Source: Patescibacteria group bacterium UBA7522
Lineage (GTDB): Bacteria > Patescibacteriota > CPR2 > UBA1875
DNA: 37,143 bases
Reading direction: 5' to 3'
Assembly: GCA_002476865.1 (NCBI GenBank)
Contig: DLNA01000003.1
Span: 1-37,143, forward strand
Position 1 is the first letter of the stretch. Each line of letters begins with the position of its first letter. The notes beneath the pieces were generated by a model. That model searched no databases. It saw nothing but the letters and a program-made list of their open reading frames with translations, and was not told the DNA's origin. The position numbers and the translations under genes were made by a program. This document shows, piece after piece, positions 15,573-24,150 of the stretch.

Positions 15573-16304
15573 CTAAAGATTAAGCGATTTTGGTGTTCTT
15601 GGTAGTATATCATAAAGGTATGGTCTTATTAGATAACAAAGTTCGCCATTATACTTTTCGATGCCTGATATTTTTAAAATTTTCTCAAGGTTAGTGTTTT
15701 TAAAGATGTCTAGAATTTTTAAGGTATTTTTTGAAACACTTTTATGATCGTTGCATTTATCGGAGCAGTTAACGCAGTTAACCCCCTCAAATCCCCCTTT
15801 AAAGCTTTGATTTTCTGAAAGATCCTGTCCACATCTAATGCATTTTTTATAATTAGCTTGATAGCCCAGATAAGATAAAAGAGAGAACTCAAAATAGTAT
15901 ACCAATGTTTCTATTTTTTCTTTATCTGTGGTTGGTAAAATCCTTAAAATTCTAATTAAGAGATTATAGATTTTTTCTGCGCCAGATTCCTCTTGGGTTG
16001 TGAGGTCTAGTATTTCACAAAGATAAGCAGCGCTCTTGTAGTTGTTGATATCTTTATATTCAAAGCTAAGCAAGCTGTCTCTTTCGGCTCCCGTTAGTAC
16101 ATAAAAACTTTTGCCGCTTACGATTTGGAATCTGCCAACAGTAAAGGGTTCAACATGAGCCGCCATCTTGCTTTTAATTTTTCTCGCGCCCCTAGCGATA
16201 ACTTTTATTTTGCCCCGTTCTTTGGAGAATATTGTTAAAAGTCGATCTGCTTCACCAATGTTTTTTCGAGAAATTATGATCCCGTTAATGGTTTCGTTTA
16301 TCAT
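15573..16304 (-). CDS. recO: DNA repair protein RecO
   Basis: 243 aa. It has the N-terminal OB-fold signature (GIIISRKNIGEADRLLTIFSKERGKIKVIARGARK) and a Cys-rich zinc motif (CIRCGQ...CVNC). Confidence 0.85.
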   Translation of the reverse strand: MINETINGIIISRKNIGEADRLLTIFSKERGKIKVIARGARKIKSKMAAHVEPFTVGRFQIVSGKSFYVLTGAERDSLLSFEYKDINNYKSAAYLCEILDLTTQEESGAEKIYNLLIRILRILPTTDKEKIETLVYYFEFSLLSYLGYQANYKKCIRCGQDLSENQSFKGGFEGVNCVNCSDKCNDHKSVSKNTLKILDIFKNTNLEKILKISGIEKYNGELCYLIRPYLYDILPRTPKSLNL

Positions 16305-16347
16305 TTAAAAAAGAGTATCGCAGGATACCCCTCCTTTTAAAAAATAT

Positions 16348-16767
16348 TTAAGCACTTTCTTTAAACGCTTTACCGACCAAACTCTCTTTTTCGTTTAAGG
16401 CGTCTTTAACTATCTCTAAAACTTCTTCGGGGGTATGCTCAACTTTAATGAGATATTCAACGGCACCGCTGACAAGTCCCTCCGTTACGTTTTGTGTTTC
16501 GCCGTAATTTGAAAGTATAACTACCGGAGTATTTTCGATTAAATTTTCCTTTTTGAGTTTTTTTAGAACTTCAAAACCATTCATAACCGGAAGCATAATA
16601 TCCAAAAGGATTATGTCTGGATTTTTTGTCTTTGCATACTCATAGCCCTTAGCCCCGTCTTCTGCTTTAATAACCTCAAATCCATTGTTGCTAAACTTTT
16701 TTTCATAAAGGTTTATTAGCGCCTCATCATCTTCAACTATTAGAACTTTTTTCGCCCCTTTTGTCAT
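16348..16767 (-). CDS. Single-domain response regulator (CheY-like receiver)
   Basis: KKVLIVEDDEALINLYEKKF...PDIILLDIMLPVMNGFEVLKKLK contains the phospho-acceptor Asp context. There is no output domain. Confidence 0.85.
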   Translation of the reverse strand: MTKGAKKVLIVEDDEALINLYEKKFSNNGFEVIKAEDGAKGYEYAKTKNPDIILLDIMLPVMNGFEVLKKLKKENLIENTPVVILSNYGETQNVTEGLVSGAVEYLIKVEHTPEEVLEIVKDALNEKESLVGKAFKESA

Positions 16768-16810
16768 ATTTACATTATATTAAAGTTTTTTAAAAAGTAA
16801 ACCATTTAAA

Positions 16811-18937
16811 TTAGCGTCGATATTTAAATTGATCAAGATAATCAAATTTCTGATCAGTTTTCGGTTCGGTTTTCGGAAGATAATATTCTAAAATATTCGG
16901 AAAACCTTTATAGTTTGCCGGCTTTCCGGTATACGGGCTAACCCATGCCTCTGAAATCCCTTTCGGTTTTTTAAAGTTTTCGATTTTTGAGCCCTGGTGG
17001 ATTTTAGTCATTACCTTATTCCAAATGGGGGCCGCCCCATCGACTCCAGAGACATTTCTCATTATCTCTCGATTGTTATTTCCAACCCAAACGCCGACAG
17101 TATATTCGGGAGTGTAGCCGACAGTCCAGTTATCGGCAAAGGAATCGGTTGTTCCCGTTTTTGCAGCAACGGGCCTTTCTCCTAAATATAAAGCCGATCG
17201 GCTCCCAAAAACCTGTCTTCTGGAATCATTATCGGAGAGTATGTTTGTCATAATAAAAGCAACTTTTTCGTCGATTGCTCTTTTTTTGATGTGTGGCTGA
17301 GAGTAGATTATTGAGCCGTTTGAGTCGTTAATTTTTTGAATTGAATTTAAAAGAGGTCTTTCTCCTAGATTGGCCAATGTTGAGTAAGCGGTGGCCAGGT
17401 CGATTAATGTTAACTCCGCTGAACCGAGACCGATTGAAAGACCATAATACCGGTCTTTATCTATTGAATTTATTCCAAGGGATTCAGCGGTACTTAAAAC
17501 CTTTTCGACTCCCACTAGTTTTGTCATCTCAACGGCAGGAACGTTTAGAGAGTTTTGAAGGGCCGTTCTAACTGTTACGTTTCCTCTGTATCTACCGTCG
17601 TAGTTTCTGGGTATGTAAGGGGGAGTGCCGCCGAAATTAACATAGCCATCCCAGAGCAATGAAGACGCCGTGTATCCATTCAATAACCCTGCCGTGTAAA
17701 CGATTGGCTTAAAGGATGACCCCGGCTGTCTTTTTGCGGTCACAACGTTAACCTTGCTTTTTTTGTAGTCAATGCCACCAACCATGGCAGATATTTCTCC
17801 GGACTTATTATTTATAACTATAACTGCCGCGTTGGTAACATTTTTATATTGGAGTGCTTTTATTTGTTCCTTTGCTTCACTTTCAGCAATCTTCTGTATT
17901 TTGGGATCAAGGGTTGTCCAAACAACTAGCCCTCCCCTGTCGTAAGCTTCCTGACTGATTTTTTCTATAACGATTTTCTCAACGTAATCAGCAAAATAAG
18001 GATATTTTGAGAAGGCGGAAACAGTGCTTGGGTTAAAATATAAAACCTCTGCGGCTGCCTTTTCTGCATCCTCGATACTAATCATTCCAGCGTAATACAT
18101 TTGGGATAAGACGTATTTTTGGCGTTCTTTCGCAGCATCAAAGTCACCAGAGACGGGCGAGAGCTTGCTGGGTGCAGCCGGAAGACCCACCAGCATACTT
18201 ATCTCCGCCAAAGACAAATCTTCAATATCTTTGGCATAATATGTTTTTGCGGCGTTTTTTATACCGAGTGCCTGTTCGCCAAAATAAACGTTATTAAGAT
18301 ACATTTCTAAGATTTCGTTTTTTGTTTTTATTCTTTCTAGCTCGTGAGCAAAAACAATCTCTTTAAGTTTTCGATTAAAACTCCTCTCACTTGAAAGATA
18401 AAGATTTTTTATTAACTGCTGCGTTATCGTGCTGCCGCCCTGACTATAGCCCGATTCATCAAATAGGGTGTAGATTTTTTCAATCCCACTCCCCTCGCTT
18501 GTCTGGTAATTACTATAAGCGGCCCTAAGAAGTCCTTTTGGATCAATTGCGCCATGATTGTAAAAATTTACATCCTCTGATGCAAGAGTGGCATCAATTA
18601 TATTTTTGGGTATTTTTTCTAGCTTTATGTAAGCGGGCTCTGCCGCACCAAAACTCTCGTAAAATTTTTCACCGTGTATATCTAAAAAAACGTTTTTTGT
18701 AATATTATTATTTGGAGTAATGCTTTTAAATTCAGAGGCAAAACTTAAATATGTACCATAAAGAACTATGCTAAATATAAAAATTGATGTTATGAACGCA
18801 ATCCCAATGGATTTTGTAATTATCAAAAAATATTTTCCGACAGCAGAAAAAAACCCGCCTGATCTTTTCTTGCTTTTTTGATTTTTTACCTTTTGGGGTT
18901 TACCTATACTTTTTAATTTAAGCCAAAAGGACTTCAT
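16811..18937 (-). CDS. Bifunctional class A penicillin-binding protein (GT51 transglycosylase plus transpeptidase)
   Basis: GT51 motifs are ASEDVNFYNHGAIDPKG and GGSTITQQLIKN. Transpeptidase motifs are SSFKP, SLN and KTGTT. The track starts at 18973. I prefer ATG 18937 (MKSFWLKL...), which still overlaps the upstream ORF by 20 nt. Confidence 0.9.
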   Translation of the reverse strand: MKSFWLKLKSIGKPQKVKNQKSKKRSGGFFSAVGKYFLIITKSIGIAFITSIFIFSIVLYGTYLSFASEFKSITPNNNITKNVFLDIHGEKFYESFGAAEPAYIKLEKIPKNIIDATLASEDVNFYNHGAIDPKGLLRAAYSNYQTSEGSGIEKIYTLFDESGYSQGGSTITQQLIKNLYLSSERSFNRKLKEIVFAHELERIKTKNEILEMYLNNVYFGEQALGIKNAAKTYYAKDIEDLSLAEISMLVGLPAAPSKLSPVSGDFDAAKERQKYVLSQMYYAGMISIEDAEKAAAEVLYFNPSTVSAFSKYPYFADYVEKIVIEKISQEAYDRGGLVVWTTLDPKIQKIAESEAKEQIKALQYKNVTNAAVIVINNKSGEISAMVGGIDYKKSKVNVVTAKRQPGSSFKPIVYTAGLLNGYTASSLLWDGYVNFGGTPPYIPRNYDGRYRGNVTVRTALQNSLNVPAVEMTKLVGVEKVLSTAESLGINSIDKDRYYGLSIGLGSAELTLIDLATAYSTLANLGERPLLNSIQKINDSNGSIIYSQPHIKKRAIDEKVAFIMTNILSDNDSRRQVFGSRSALYLGERPVAAKTGTTDSFADNWTVGYTPEYTVGVWVGNNNREIMRNVSGVDGAAPIWNKVMTKIHQGSKIENFKKPKGISEAWVSPYTGKPANYKGFPNILEYYLPKTEPKTDQKFDYLDQFKYRR

Positions 18938-19166
18938 CGCCCTCTCTAACATGATCATCAACTTTAACACCAACCTCTTGACCCTTTTTCGCCTTTTCTA
19001 ATGGCTTGTGGTCAAGCTGAATCTCTTTAATTTCTTGCTCAAAATCGGTTGTGTAACCCTTGATTTTTACTTTATCGCCGATTTTTAAGTCATCAATTAC
19101 CTTAAAAACAGCAACGCCTAAATGACCAAAATAATGGGTTATTTCTGCTACTTTTTTATCTGACAT
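18918..19166 (-). CDS. Small EF-Tu-domain-2-like beta-barrel protein (translation elongation factor-like protein)
   Basis: 82 aa. ITHYFGHLGVAVFKVIDDLKIGDKVKIKGYTTDFEQEIKEIQLDHKPLEKAKKGQEVGVKVDDHVREGDEV matches the small stand-alone EF-like family as I remember it. A GGAGG Shine-Dalgarno lies 5 nt upstream. Confidence 0.6.
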   Translation of the reverse strand: MSDKKVAEITHYFGHLGVAVFKVIDDLKIGDKVKIKGYTTDFEQEIKEIQLDHKPLEKAKKGQEVGVKVDDHVREGDEVLLA

Positions 19167-19209
19167 TTTTGCCTCCAGTTTTTTAAAATAGATTAATCCA
19201 AGCCAGGTA

Positions 19210-19383
19210 TTATTTTGAAAGTTTTAAATATACTGCATAAGTAACAATCGCACCAGAAACTAATATCCATTGAGTTGGGGCAAGCCAAAGGTCCTTGCCA
19301 GAAAAAGCGCTATATGTTGCAATTACTAACCCAACCAATGAAAGATACACCAAATAATCAGAATACTTGGAGAGTGTCTTCAT
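19210..19383 (-). CDS. Small two-helix membrane protein (57 aa), absent from the ORF track
   Basis: AAAGGAGG, 6 nt, then ATG at 19383. The translation is MKTLSKYSDYLVYLSLVGLVIATYSAFSGKDLWLAPTQWILVSGAIVTYAVYLKLSK, ending at TAA. It has two hydrophobic segments and is the first gene after a predicted promoter. Confidence 0.6.
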   Translation of the reverse strand: MKTLSKYSDYLVYLSLVGLVIATYSAFSGKDLWLAPTQWILVSGAIVTYAVYLKLSK

Positions 19384-19420
19384 CTTCTACCTCCTTTCTA
19401 AAGATAACTATTCTGAGTAT

Positions 19421-19449
19421 ATTTTACATTCAATGTCTTTACGGAGCAA
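19421..19449 (-). promoter_or_regulatory. Sigma70-like promoter for the minus-strand operon that starts with the 57-aa ORF
   Basis: The minus strand reads TTGCTC (19449-19444), a 17-nt spacer, then TAAAAT (19426-19421). Confidence 0.45.
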
Positions 19450-19453
19450 ATTA

Positions 19454-19482
19454 TTGATTTGGCGACATTTAAAATGTATAAT
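19454..19482 (+). promoter_or_regulatory. Sigma70 promoter for tRNA-Gln, back-to-back with the minus-strand promoter
   Basis: TTGATT (19454-19459), a 17-nt spacer, then TATAAT (19477-19482). It lies about 120 nt upstream of the tRNA. Confidence 0.55.
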
Positions 19483-19605
19483 CAGGAGCGCAAAAGCAGT
19501 TTAAAGCTTGAATTAAAAGGTTAATTTTAAGTTTTAAATTCTAAATTTTAAAATAAATCAGAAAACCAAAACTTATTTTAAATTTCAAATTGTAAATTGA
19601 TTTAA

Positions 19606-19679
19606 TCGGGAGTAGCCAAGCGGCAAGGCAACAGGTTTTGGTCCTGTGATCGGGGGTTCGAATCCCTCCTCCCGAACCA
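19606..19679 (+). tRNA. tRNA-Gln (anticodon UUG), CCA encoded
   Basis: Hand-folded cloverleaf: acceptor TCGGGAG/CTCCCGA; D arm GCC-AAGCGGCAA-GGC; anticodon arm ACAGG-TTTTGGT-CCTGT; T arm GGGGG-TTCGAAT-CCCTC (one G-U pair); discriminator A, then CCA. It closely parallels E. coli tRNA-Gln as I recall it. Confidence 0.93.
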
Positions 19680-19681
19680 AG

Positions 19682-19726
19682 AAGAGCGGAAATCACCAGT
19701 GGTGGTTAGCGCTCTTTTTTAGTTTT
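19682..19726 (+). terminator. Rho-independent terminator after tRNA-Gln
   Basis: AAGAGCG (19682-19688) pairs with CGCTCTT (19710-19716). There is an inner CACC/GGTG helix, and the hairpin is followed by TTTTTTAGTTTT. Confidence 0.65.
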
Positions 19727-19966
19727 GAAGGGGATTCGAACGGGTATGCCGATGCTGGGGTCCCCAAAAATCTGCTGATTTTAGGGGCATTTAGGCATAC
19801 CCCGGCCCGAAGCCCGGCGACCAAGAGAGCCGGGTTGCAAGGCAAGGTCAAATCCCTCTCCCGTCATCTCGCAGCTTTAGCGAAGAATGATCCCAACCAA
19901 TTAGAGTGCTATCCTCCTACGCTACACTACAGAATAGGCGAGAAGGTGAGCGACATACGACCGTGA
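19727..19966. ncRNA. GC-rich, heavily base-paired element of unknown class (candidate structured RNA; strand undetermined)
   Basis: A perfect 9-bp long-range stem GGGTATGCC (19742-19750) / GGCATACCC (19794-19802) encloses CCCCAAAAATC-tgct-GATTTTAGGGG. There is a 7-bp hairpin GCCCGGC/GCCGGGT (19812-19835), and its loop bases GACC and GAGA can pair downstream with GGTC (19846-19849) and TCTC (19857-19860). A 6-bp stem TCTCGC (19867-19872) / GCGAGA (19938-19943) closes a 77-nt domain. No credible ORF is present. The composition contrasts strongly with the AT-rich flanks. Confidence 0.35.
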
Positions 19967-20001
19967 AGATGAATTAAAATAAATAATAGATACTAAAAAA
20001 G

Positions 20002-20967
20002 CTAATTTGCTAAAATATTCCTTACGTCCTCCAGGTTTTTGGCAGTCATTAATTTTAGGCGCAGTTCCTTGGCGCCATCAAATCCCCTAAAGTAAGAAGC
20101 ATAGTGCTTCTTTGATTCTACAATTCCCTTATCTCCCCAAATAGAATTTGCCTTAATGGATAGATCTATCGCTAGCATTTTTATCTCTCTTAAAGAGGGG
20201 CCATAATCTTTCTCGTCCTTTATCTCTTTAAAAATCCACGGCCTTCCAAGGGCTCCTCTGCCAATCATTACTCCGTCACAGCTCGTTTTTTGTTTGGCCC
20301 TTATCGCTTCTTGCCATGTTTTGATATCGCCGCTACCAATTAATTTTGCAGAAGGTTGATTTTCGAATAATGAAGATTGAATACTTTTAATAATATCCCA
20401 GTCAGCAGAGCCGGCGTATCCTTGTCTAACGGTTCTGGGGTGAATAGTAAGTATGGAGATCCCGAGGTCTATCAATCTGGGTGCCAGTTCATAAATATCG
20501 TTATGATTATCATAACCGGCTCGTGTTTTAACAGATATTGGTAAGGTTGTTGCTTTTTGGGCAGATTTAACAATATCTAAAATTAGGTTTGGATTTTTTA
20601 ACAAACTACCACCGCAACCCGATTTAAGAATGTTTTTATCGGGACAGCCCGTATTTATATCAAAACCTAATGGATTTAAATTGTTTTTTTTAATAATTTT
20701 AATGGCCTCTTCAAATTTTCCTGGCTCTGACCCTACAAGCTGAATGATATAATTTGTGATTTTTTTGAAATTTAGGATCTTTTCGGCCTCATTCCAGTTA
20801 TTAATTATGGTGTCCGTGTGAACCATTGGCGTCCACACCAAATCAGCTCCAAAATCAGTGCACTGGGAAGCAAAAGGGTAGGTCGTAATATTTGCCATCG
20901 GAGCGAGGACAAAAAGGGGCGTCTTGATGGATGAATCTTGAATTTTAAATTTTGAATTTTGAATCAA
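20002..20967 (-). CDS. dus: tRNA-dihydrouridine synthase
   Basis: 321 aa with the LAPMANIT motif, the catalytic-Cys region DINTGCPDKNILKSGCGGSLLKNP, and a TIM-barrel pattern. The only in-frame start upstream of the conserved LAPM motif is TTG 20967. Confidence 0.85.
   Translation of the reverse strand: MIQNSKFKIQDSSIKTPLFVLAPMANITTYPFASQCTDFGADLVWTPMVHTDTIINNWNEAEKILNFKKITNYIIQLVGSEPGKFEEAIKIIKKNNLNPLGFDINTGCPDKNILKSGCGGSLLKNPNLILDIVKSAQKATTLPISVKTRAGYDNHNDIYELAPRLIDLGISILTIHPRTVRQGYAGSADWDIIKSIQSSLFENQPSAKLIGSGDIKTWQEAIRAKQKTSCDGVMIGRGALGRPWIFKEIKDEKDYGPSLREIKMLAIDLSIKANSIWGDKGIVESKKHYASYFRGFDGAKELRLKLMTAKNLEDVRNILAN
20930..20964 (-). repeat. Five tandem copies of an ATTCAAA-like heptamer at the 5' end of dus
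   Basis: The minus strand reads ATTCAAA ATTCAAA ATTTAAA ATTCAAG ATTCATC, starting immediately after the TTG start codon. Confidence 0.5.
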
Positions 20968-20990
20968 TGCTTGTAATTTCTAATTTTAAA

Positions 20991-22349
20991 TTATCTTTTT
21001 CTTAAAATCGACTCGCATTTGAGGTCTTCTGTAACCCAACCCATCTCTGCAATTTTTTGGCGAAGTTCGTCTGATTTGTTCCAATCTTTATTTTCGCGGG
21101 CCTTAAGATAATCATCAAATATTTTTTTTACGTCTTGATCAATGCTTTCGGGTTTAAGATTAAGGCCAAAAACCTTGTCAACGTCATTTATAAAGCCCAA
21201 TACCTGTCCCTTGTCTGGATTATTAATCTTATTTATCTCGGTAACGAACCCAAAGACAATAGCAGTCGCTTTTGGCGTGTTTAAATCGTCTTCTAGGGCT
21301 TTTTTAAACTCGATTTGTGATTTTTCGACAATTCTAGAAATATCCGCTGTGCCACTCAATTGATCTATTCGATATATGAAATTACGAAGATTATTAAGAG
21401 TATTCTGGGCGTCTTGAATTGACCTTTTAGTAAAATTTAGCTTGTCACGATAATGTGACTGCAGACAAAGCATTCTAAAGGCAAGTGGTTCAACGCCAAA
21501 TTTCTCGGAAAGCTCTTCCAAGGAATATAAATTTCCAAGAGATTTGCTCATCTTTTTACCCTCCACCAGAAGGTGTTCGCCATGAAACCAGTGTTTTACG
21601 AATTTTTTTCCTGTATACGCTTCTGATTGAGCCACCTCGTTTTCGTGATGCGGAAAAACAAGATCAACTCCCCCGGCATGAATATCAACCGTTTCGCCAA
21701 GATAAAGCATACTCATAGCCGAACATTCTATGTGCCAACCAGGACGACCGATTACCCCCCTCGGACCCCTCCAGCTTGGCTCGCCTTCTTTGGTCGCCTT
21801 CCAAAGAGCAAAGTCCTGTGCATTTTCCTTCTCGTATTCATCACAAGAAACCCTGGCACCTGATTTTATGCCACTCTTATCAAGATGAGAGAGCTTGCCA
21901 TAGCCCTTAAATTTATTAACCGCAAAGTAGATAGAACCGTCTTCTGAGGTATAAGCAAAACCGTCACCTATTAATTTCTCTACTATCTCGATCATTTTTT
22001 TAATAACTTTTTCATCGGTCGCTTTTGGTACATGATTCGGTTTATGAATATTCAGTTTTTCTAAGTCCTGCCAAAAAAGTTCTTCATATTGTTTGGTGAT
22101 CTCTTGGTAACTGATCCCTGAGATTTGCGCCTTGTTAATAATTTTATCTTCAATATCAGTGATATTCATTACGTGATTAACTTCATGTCCAAGATAATTC
22201 AAGCTTCGCTTAAGTAAATCAACATTAACATAGGTTCTCAGGTTGCCAATATGAGCCCGATCGTAAACCGTTGGTCCACAAGCATAAAGCCCAATATTTT
22301 TGCCCCTGATTTCTTCTTTTTCTTTTGTTTGAGTATTATATATTTTCAT
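20991..22349 (-). CDS. cysS: Cysteinyl-tRNA synthetase
   Basis: 452 aa with GLYACGPTVYDRAHIGNLRTYV (HIGH), the zinc-site region GWHIECS, and KMSKSLGN. Confidence 0.93.
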   Translation of the reverse strand: MKIYNTQTKEKEEIRGKNIGLYACGPTVYDRAHIGNLRTYVNVDLLKRSLNYLGHEVNHVMNITDIEDKIINKAQISGISYQEITKQYEELFWQDLEKLNIHKPNHVPKATDEKVIKKMIEIVEKLIGDGFAYTSEDGSIYFAVNKFKGYGKLSHLDKSGIKSGARVSCDEYEKENAQDFALWKATKEGEPSWRGPRGVIGRPGWHIECSAMSMLYLGETVDIHAGGVDLVFPHHENEVAQSEAYTGKKFVKHWFHGEHLLVEGKKMSKSLGNLYSLEELSEKFGVEPLAFRMLCLQSHYRDKLNFTKRSIQDAQNTLNNLRNFIYRIDQLSGTADISRIVEKSQIEFKKALEDDLNTPKATAIVFGFVTEINKINNPDKGQVLGFINDVDKVFGLNLKPESIDQDVKKIFDDYLKARENKDWNKSDELRQKIAEMGWVTEDLKCESILRKR

Positions 22350-24102
22350 TAAAGATATCCGCCGGACTGAATTTTATATAGATTCGCATAGATTCCATTC
22401 TTTTTTTAATTAAATCACTGTGCTTCCCCGTCTCTACTATTTTACCCTTATCCATGACGACTATCAAATCAGCTCGCATTACCGTTGAAAGCCGATGAGC
22501 AATAATTAATGTTGTTCGACCTTTCACCAGCGTCCAAAGAGCATCTTGAATCTTTTGTTCGCTTTCAGAATCTAATGATGATGTGGCCTCATCTAAAACC
22601 AGAATGGGTGGATTTTTAAGAAAAGCCCTGGCGATATTAATTCTTTGTTGCTCGCCACCAGAAAGCTTGACGCCCCTTTCCCCAACCACCGTATCATATT
22701 TTTTGGGTAACTTTTCTACAAATTCATGTGCGTTAGCAGCTTTAGAGGCGATTAGGATGTTTTTCTTGGGAACCGCCCTTCCGCCATATTTAATATTATT
22801 TTCTGCTGTATCATTGAATAAAATTGAGTCCTGCATTACAACTCCAATATTTTCTCTTAAAGATTTTTGCGTAACTTTAGTAATATCTTGATTATCAATT
22901 AAAATAGATCCTTTTTGAATATCATAAAATCTTAAGAGTAGCTTAATTAAGGTGCTCTTGCCAACTCCGGATTTCCCCACAAATGCTATCGTTTGCCCGG
23001 CTGGAATGTCGAGCGTAAAACCGCTAACTACTTTTTTCTGCTTTTTATCTTCGTAACGAAAAGAAACATCCCTAAAAGAGATGGAGCCCTGTCTTATCTG
23101 TAATTTTTTGGCGTTTGGTGCATCTTTTATCTCCGGTTCGGTGTCTAAAAGCTCAAAAACACGACGAACGCTTCTCATGTCTCTCACCACTCGATCAAAA
23201 ATCCAGGTAAGAGACCATAGCGGCTGAATTGAACGGTTCGTATAAGTAGTAACCAATATAAGGTCTCCAAGAGTTATTTTATTAGTAATTGTCCAATAAG
23301 TACCAAGCCCCAATATTGAAATCTGAGCCAAATTTACAACCAAAAACCTTAATAAGTTCATTGAGATTCGCCTAACGGTATACAATAAGTCCAAAAAATT
23401 AACCCTAGAAACAATCCTCATAATTTTCCCTCTATGCTTTTCTTCTGTGGCGAATGATTTTATTGTACGTGCATTAATAATCGATTCTGTAAATGACCCA
23501 GAGAGCTTCTCGGAAGCGTTTCGATACTTGTCCTGAATTTTGATTAGGTTCTTTGTATGTTTTGTACTAATAAAGATAAATGCCGGAATAGAAACCAGCA
23601 ATATTAAACCAAAAACATAATTAGTTCTAAACAAAAAGACAGTCGCAACAATTATAAAGATAAACTGAGGCGCAACCTCCATAATTATAGACTCCATAAC
23701 GCTATTTAAGTCATTAATACCCTTATCAACTCTTTCTTTGATTTTCCCTGTTGAGTTCCTTTCAAAATAACCAAGAGATAGGTTGTGAAGATGTGTAAAA
23801 ACCTCTTGTGTTAGGATTTTTTTTGATTCAACCCACCATTTAACAACAGCATAGTACTCCCAAGAGTTACTGAGGTCTCGCGCAAAAATAACAGCAGTGT
23901 AAGCCAAGACGATATACCAGAAATTGCTGTTTATGGCACTTGATCCACCAGCCAAGGCATCATCAATAAGGTCGAAAAACTCCTTATAAACAAGGGGCTG
24001 GATTAAAGAAATTAAGGTTGTTAGTAGCGCCACGAAAATAGCCAGAAAGGTTAACTTTTTATTCTTTGAAGCTAATTTTGCGGCTCGCCAAAAATCTTTC
24101 AT
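22336..24102 (-). CDS. ABC exporter, fused permease-ATPase (MsbA/ABCB-like)
   Basis: 588 aa. The N-terminal half has six TM helices. The ATPase half has Walker A GKSGVGKST, signature LSGGEQQR and Walker B ILVLDEATSSLD. Its 3' end overlaps the cysS start by 14 nt. Confidence 0.88.
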   Translation of the reverse strand: MKDFWRAAKLASKNKKLTFLAIFVALLTTLISLIQPLVYKEFFDLIDDALAGGSSAINSNFWYIVLAYTAVIFARDLSNSWEYYAVVKWWVESKKILTQEVFTHLHNLSLGYFERNSTGKIKERVDKGINDLNSVMESIIMEVAPQFIFIIVATVFLFRTNYVFGLILLVSIPAFIFISTKHTKNLIKIQDKYRNASEKLSGSFTESIINARTIKSFATEEKHRGKIMRIVSRVNFLDLLYTVRRISMNLLRFLVVNLAQISILGLGTYWTITNKITLGDLILVTTYTNRSIQPLWSLTWIFDRVVRDMRSVRRVFELLDTEPEIKDAPNAKKLQIRQGSISFRDVSFRYEDKKQKKVVSGFTLDIPAGQTIAFVGKSGVGKSTLIKLLLRFYDIQKGSILIDNQDITKVTQKSLRENIGVVMQDSILFNDTAENNIKYGGRAVPKKNILIASKAANAHEFVEKLPKKYDTVVGERGVKLSGGEQQRINIARAFLKNPPILVLDEATSSLDSESEQKIQDALWTLVKGRTTLIIAHRLSTVMRADLIVVMDKGKIVETGKHSDLIKKRMESMRIYIKFSPADIFNENI

Positions 24103-24150
24103 AAAAATCCTTATGATATTTTAGTTTTATTTGACTTAAAAATAAACTAT

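Noticed and set aside
19521-19600. Similarity between the AT-rich tRNA leader (aattttaagttttaaattctaaattttaaaa) and the cysS-dus junction (20941-20990)
   Set aside because: The similarity is low-complexity A/T-rich sequence. It does not extend beyond short aattttaaa words and is compatible with chance.
19646-19966. 106-aa plus-strand ORF from the track
   Set aside because: It starts inside tRNA-Gln, runs through the tRNA terminator and the GC-rich structured block, and has no SD. It is an artefact of GC-rich, stop-poor sequence.
19727-19966. Firm assignment of the GC-rich element as tmRNA, RNase P RNA, SRP RNA, 5S rRNA or a second tRNA
   Set aside because: There are only short word-level resemblances. 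There is no acceptor stem with a G3-U pair, no complementary T-stem around TTCGAA, no CCA end and no plausible tag ORF. There is no GGAAAGUCC/ACAGAA P4 pair, no SRP domain IV motif and no 5S loop C. I kept it as an unclassified candidate instead.
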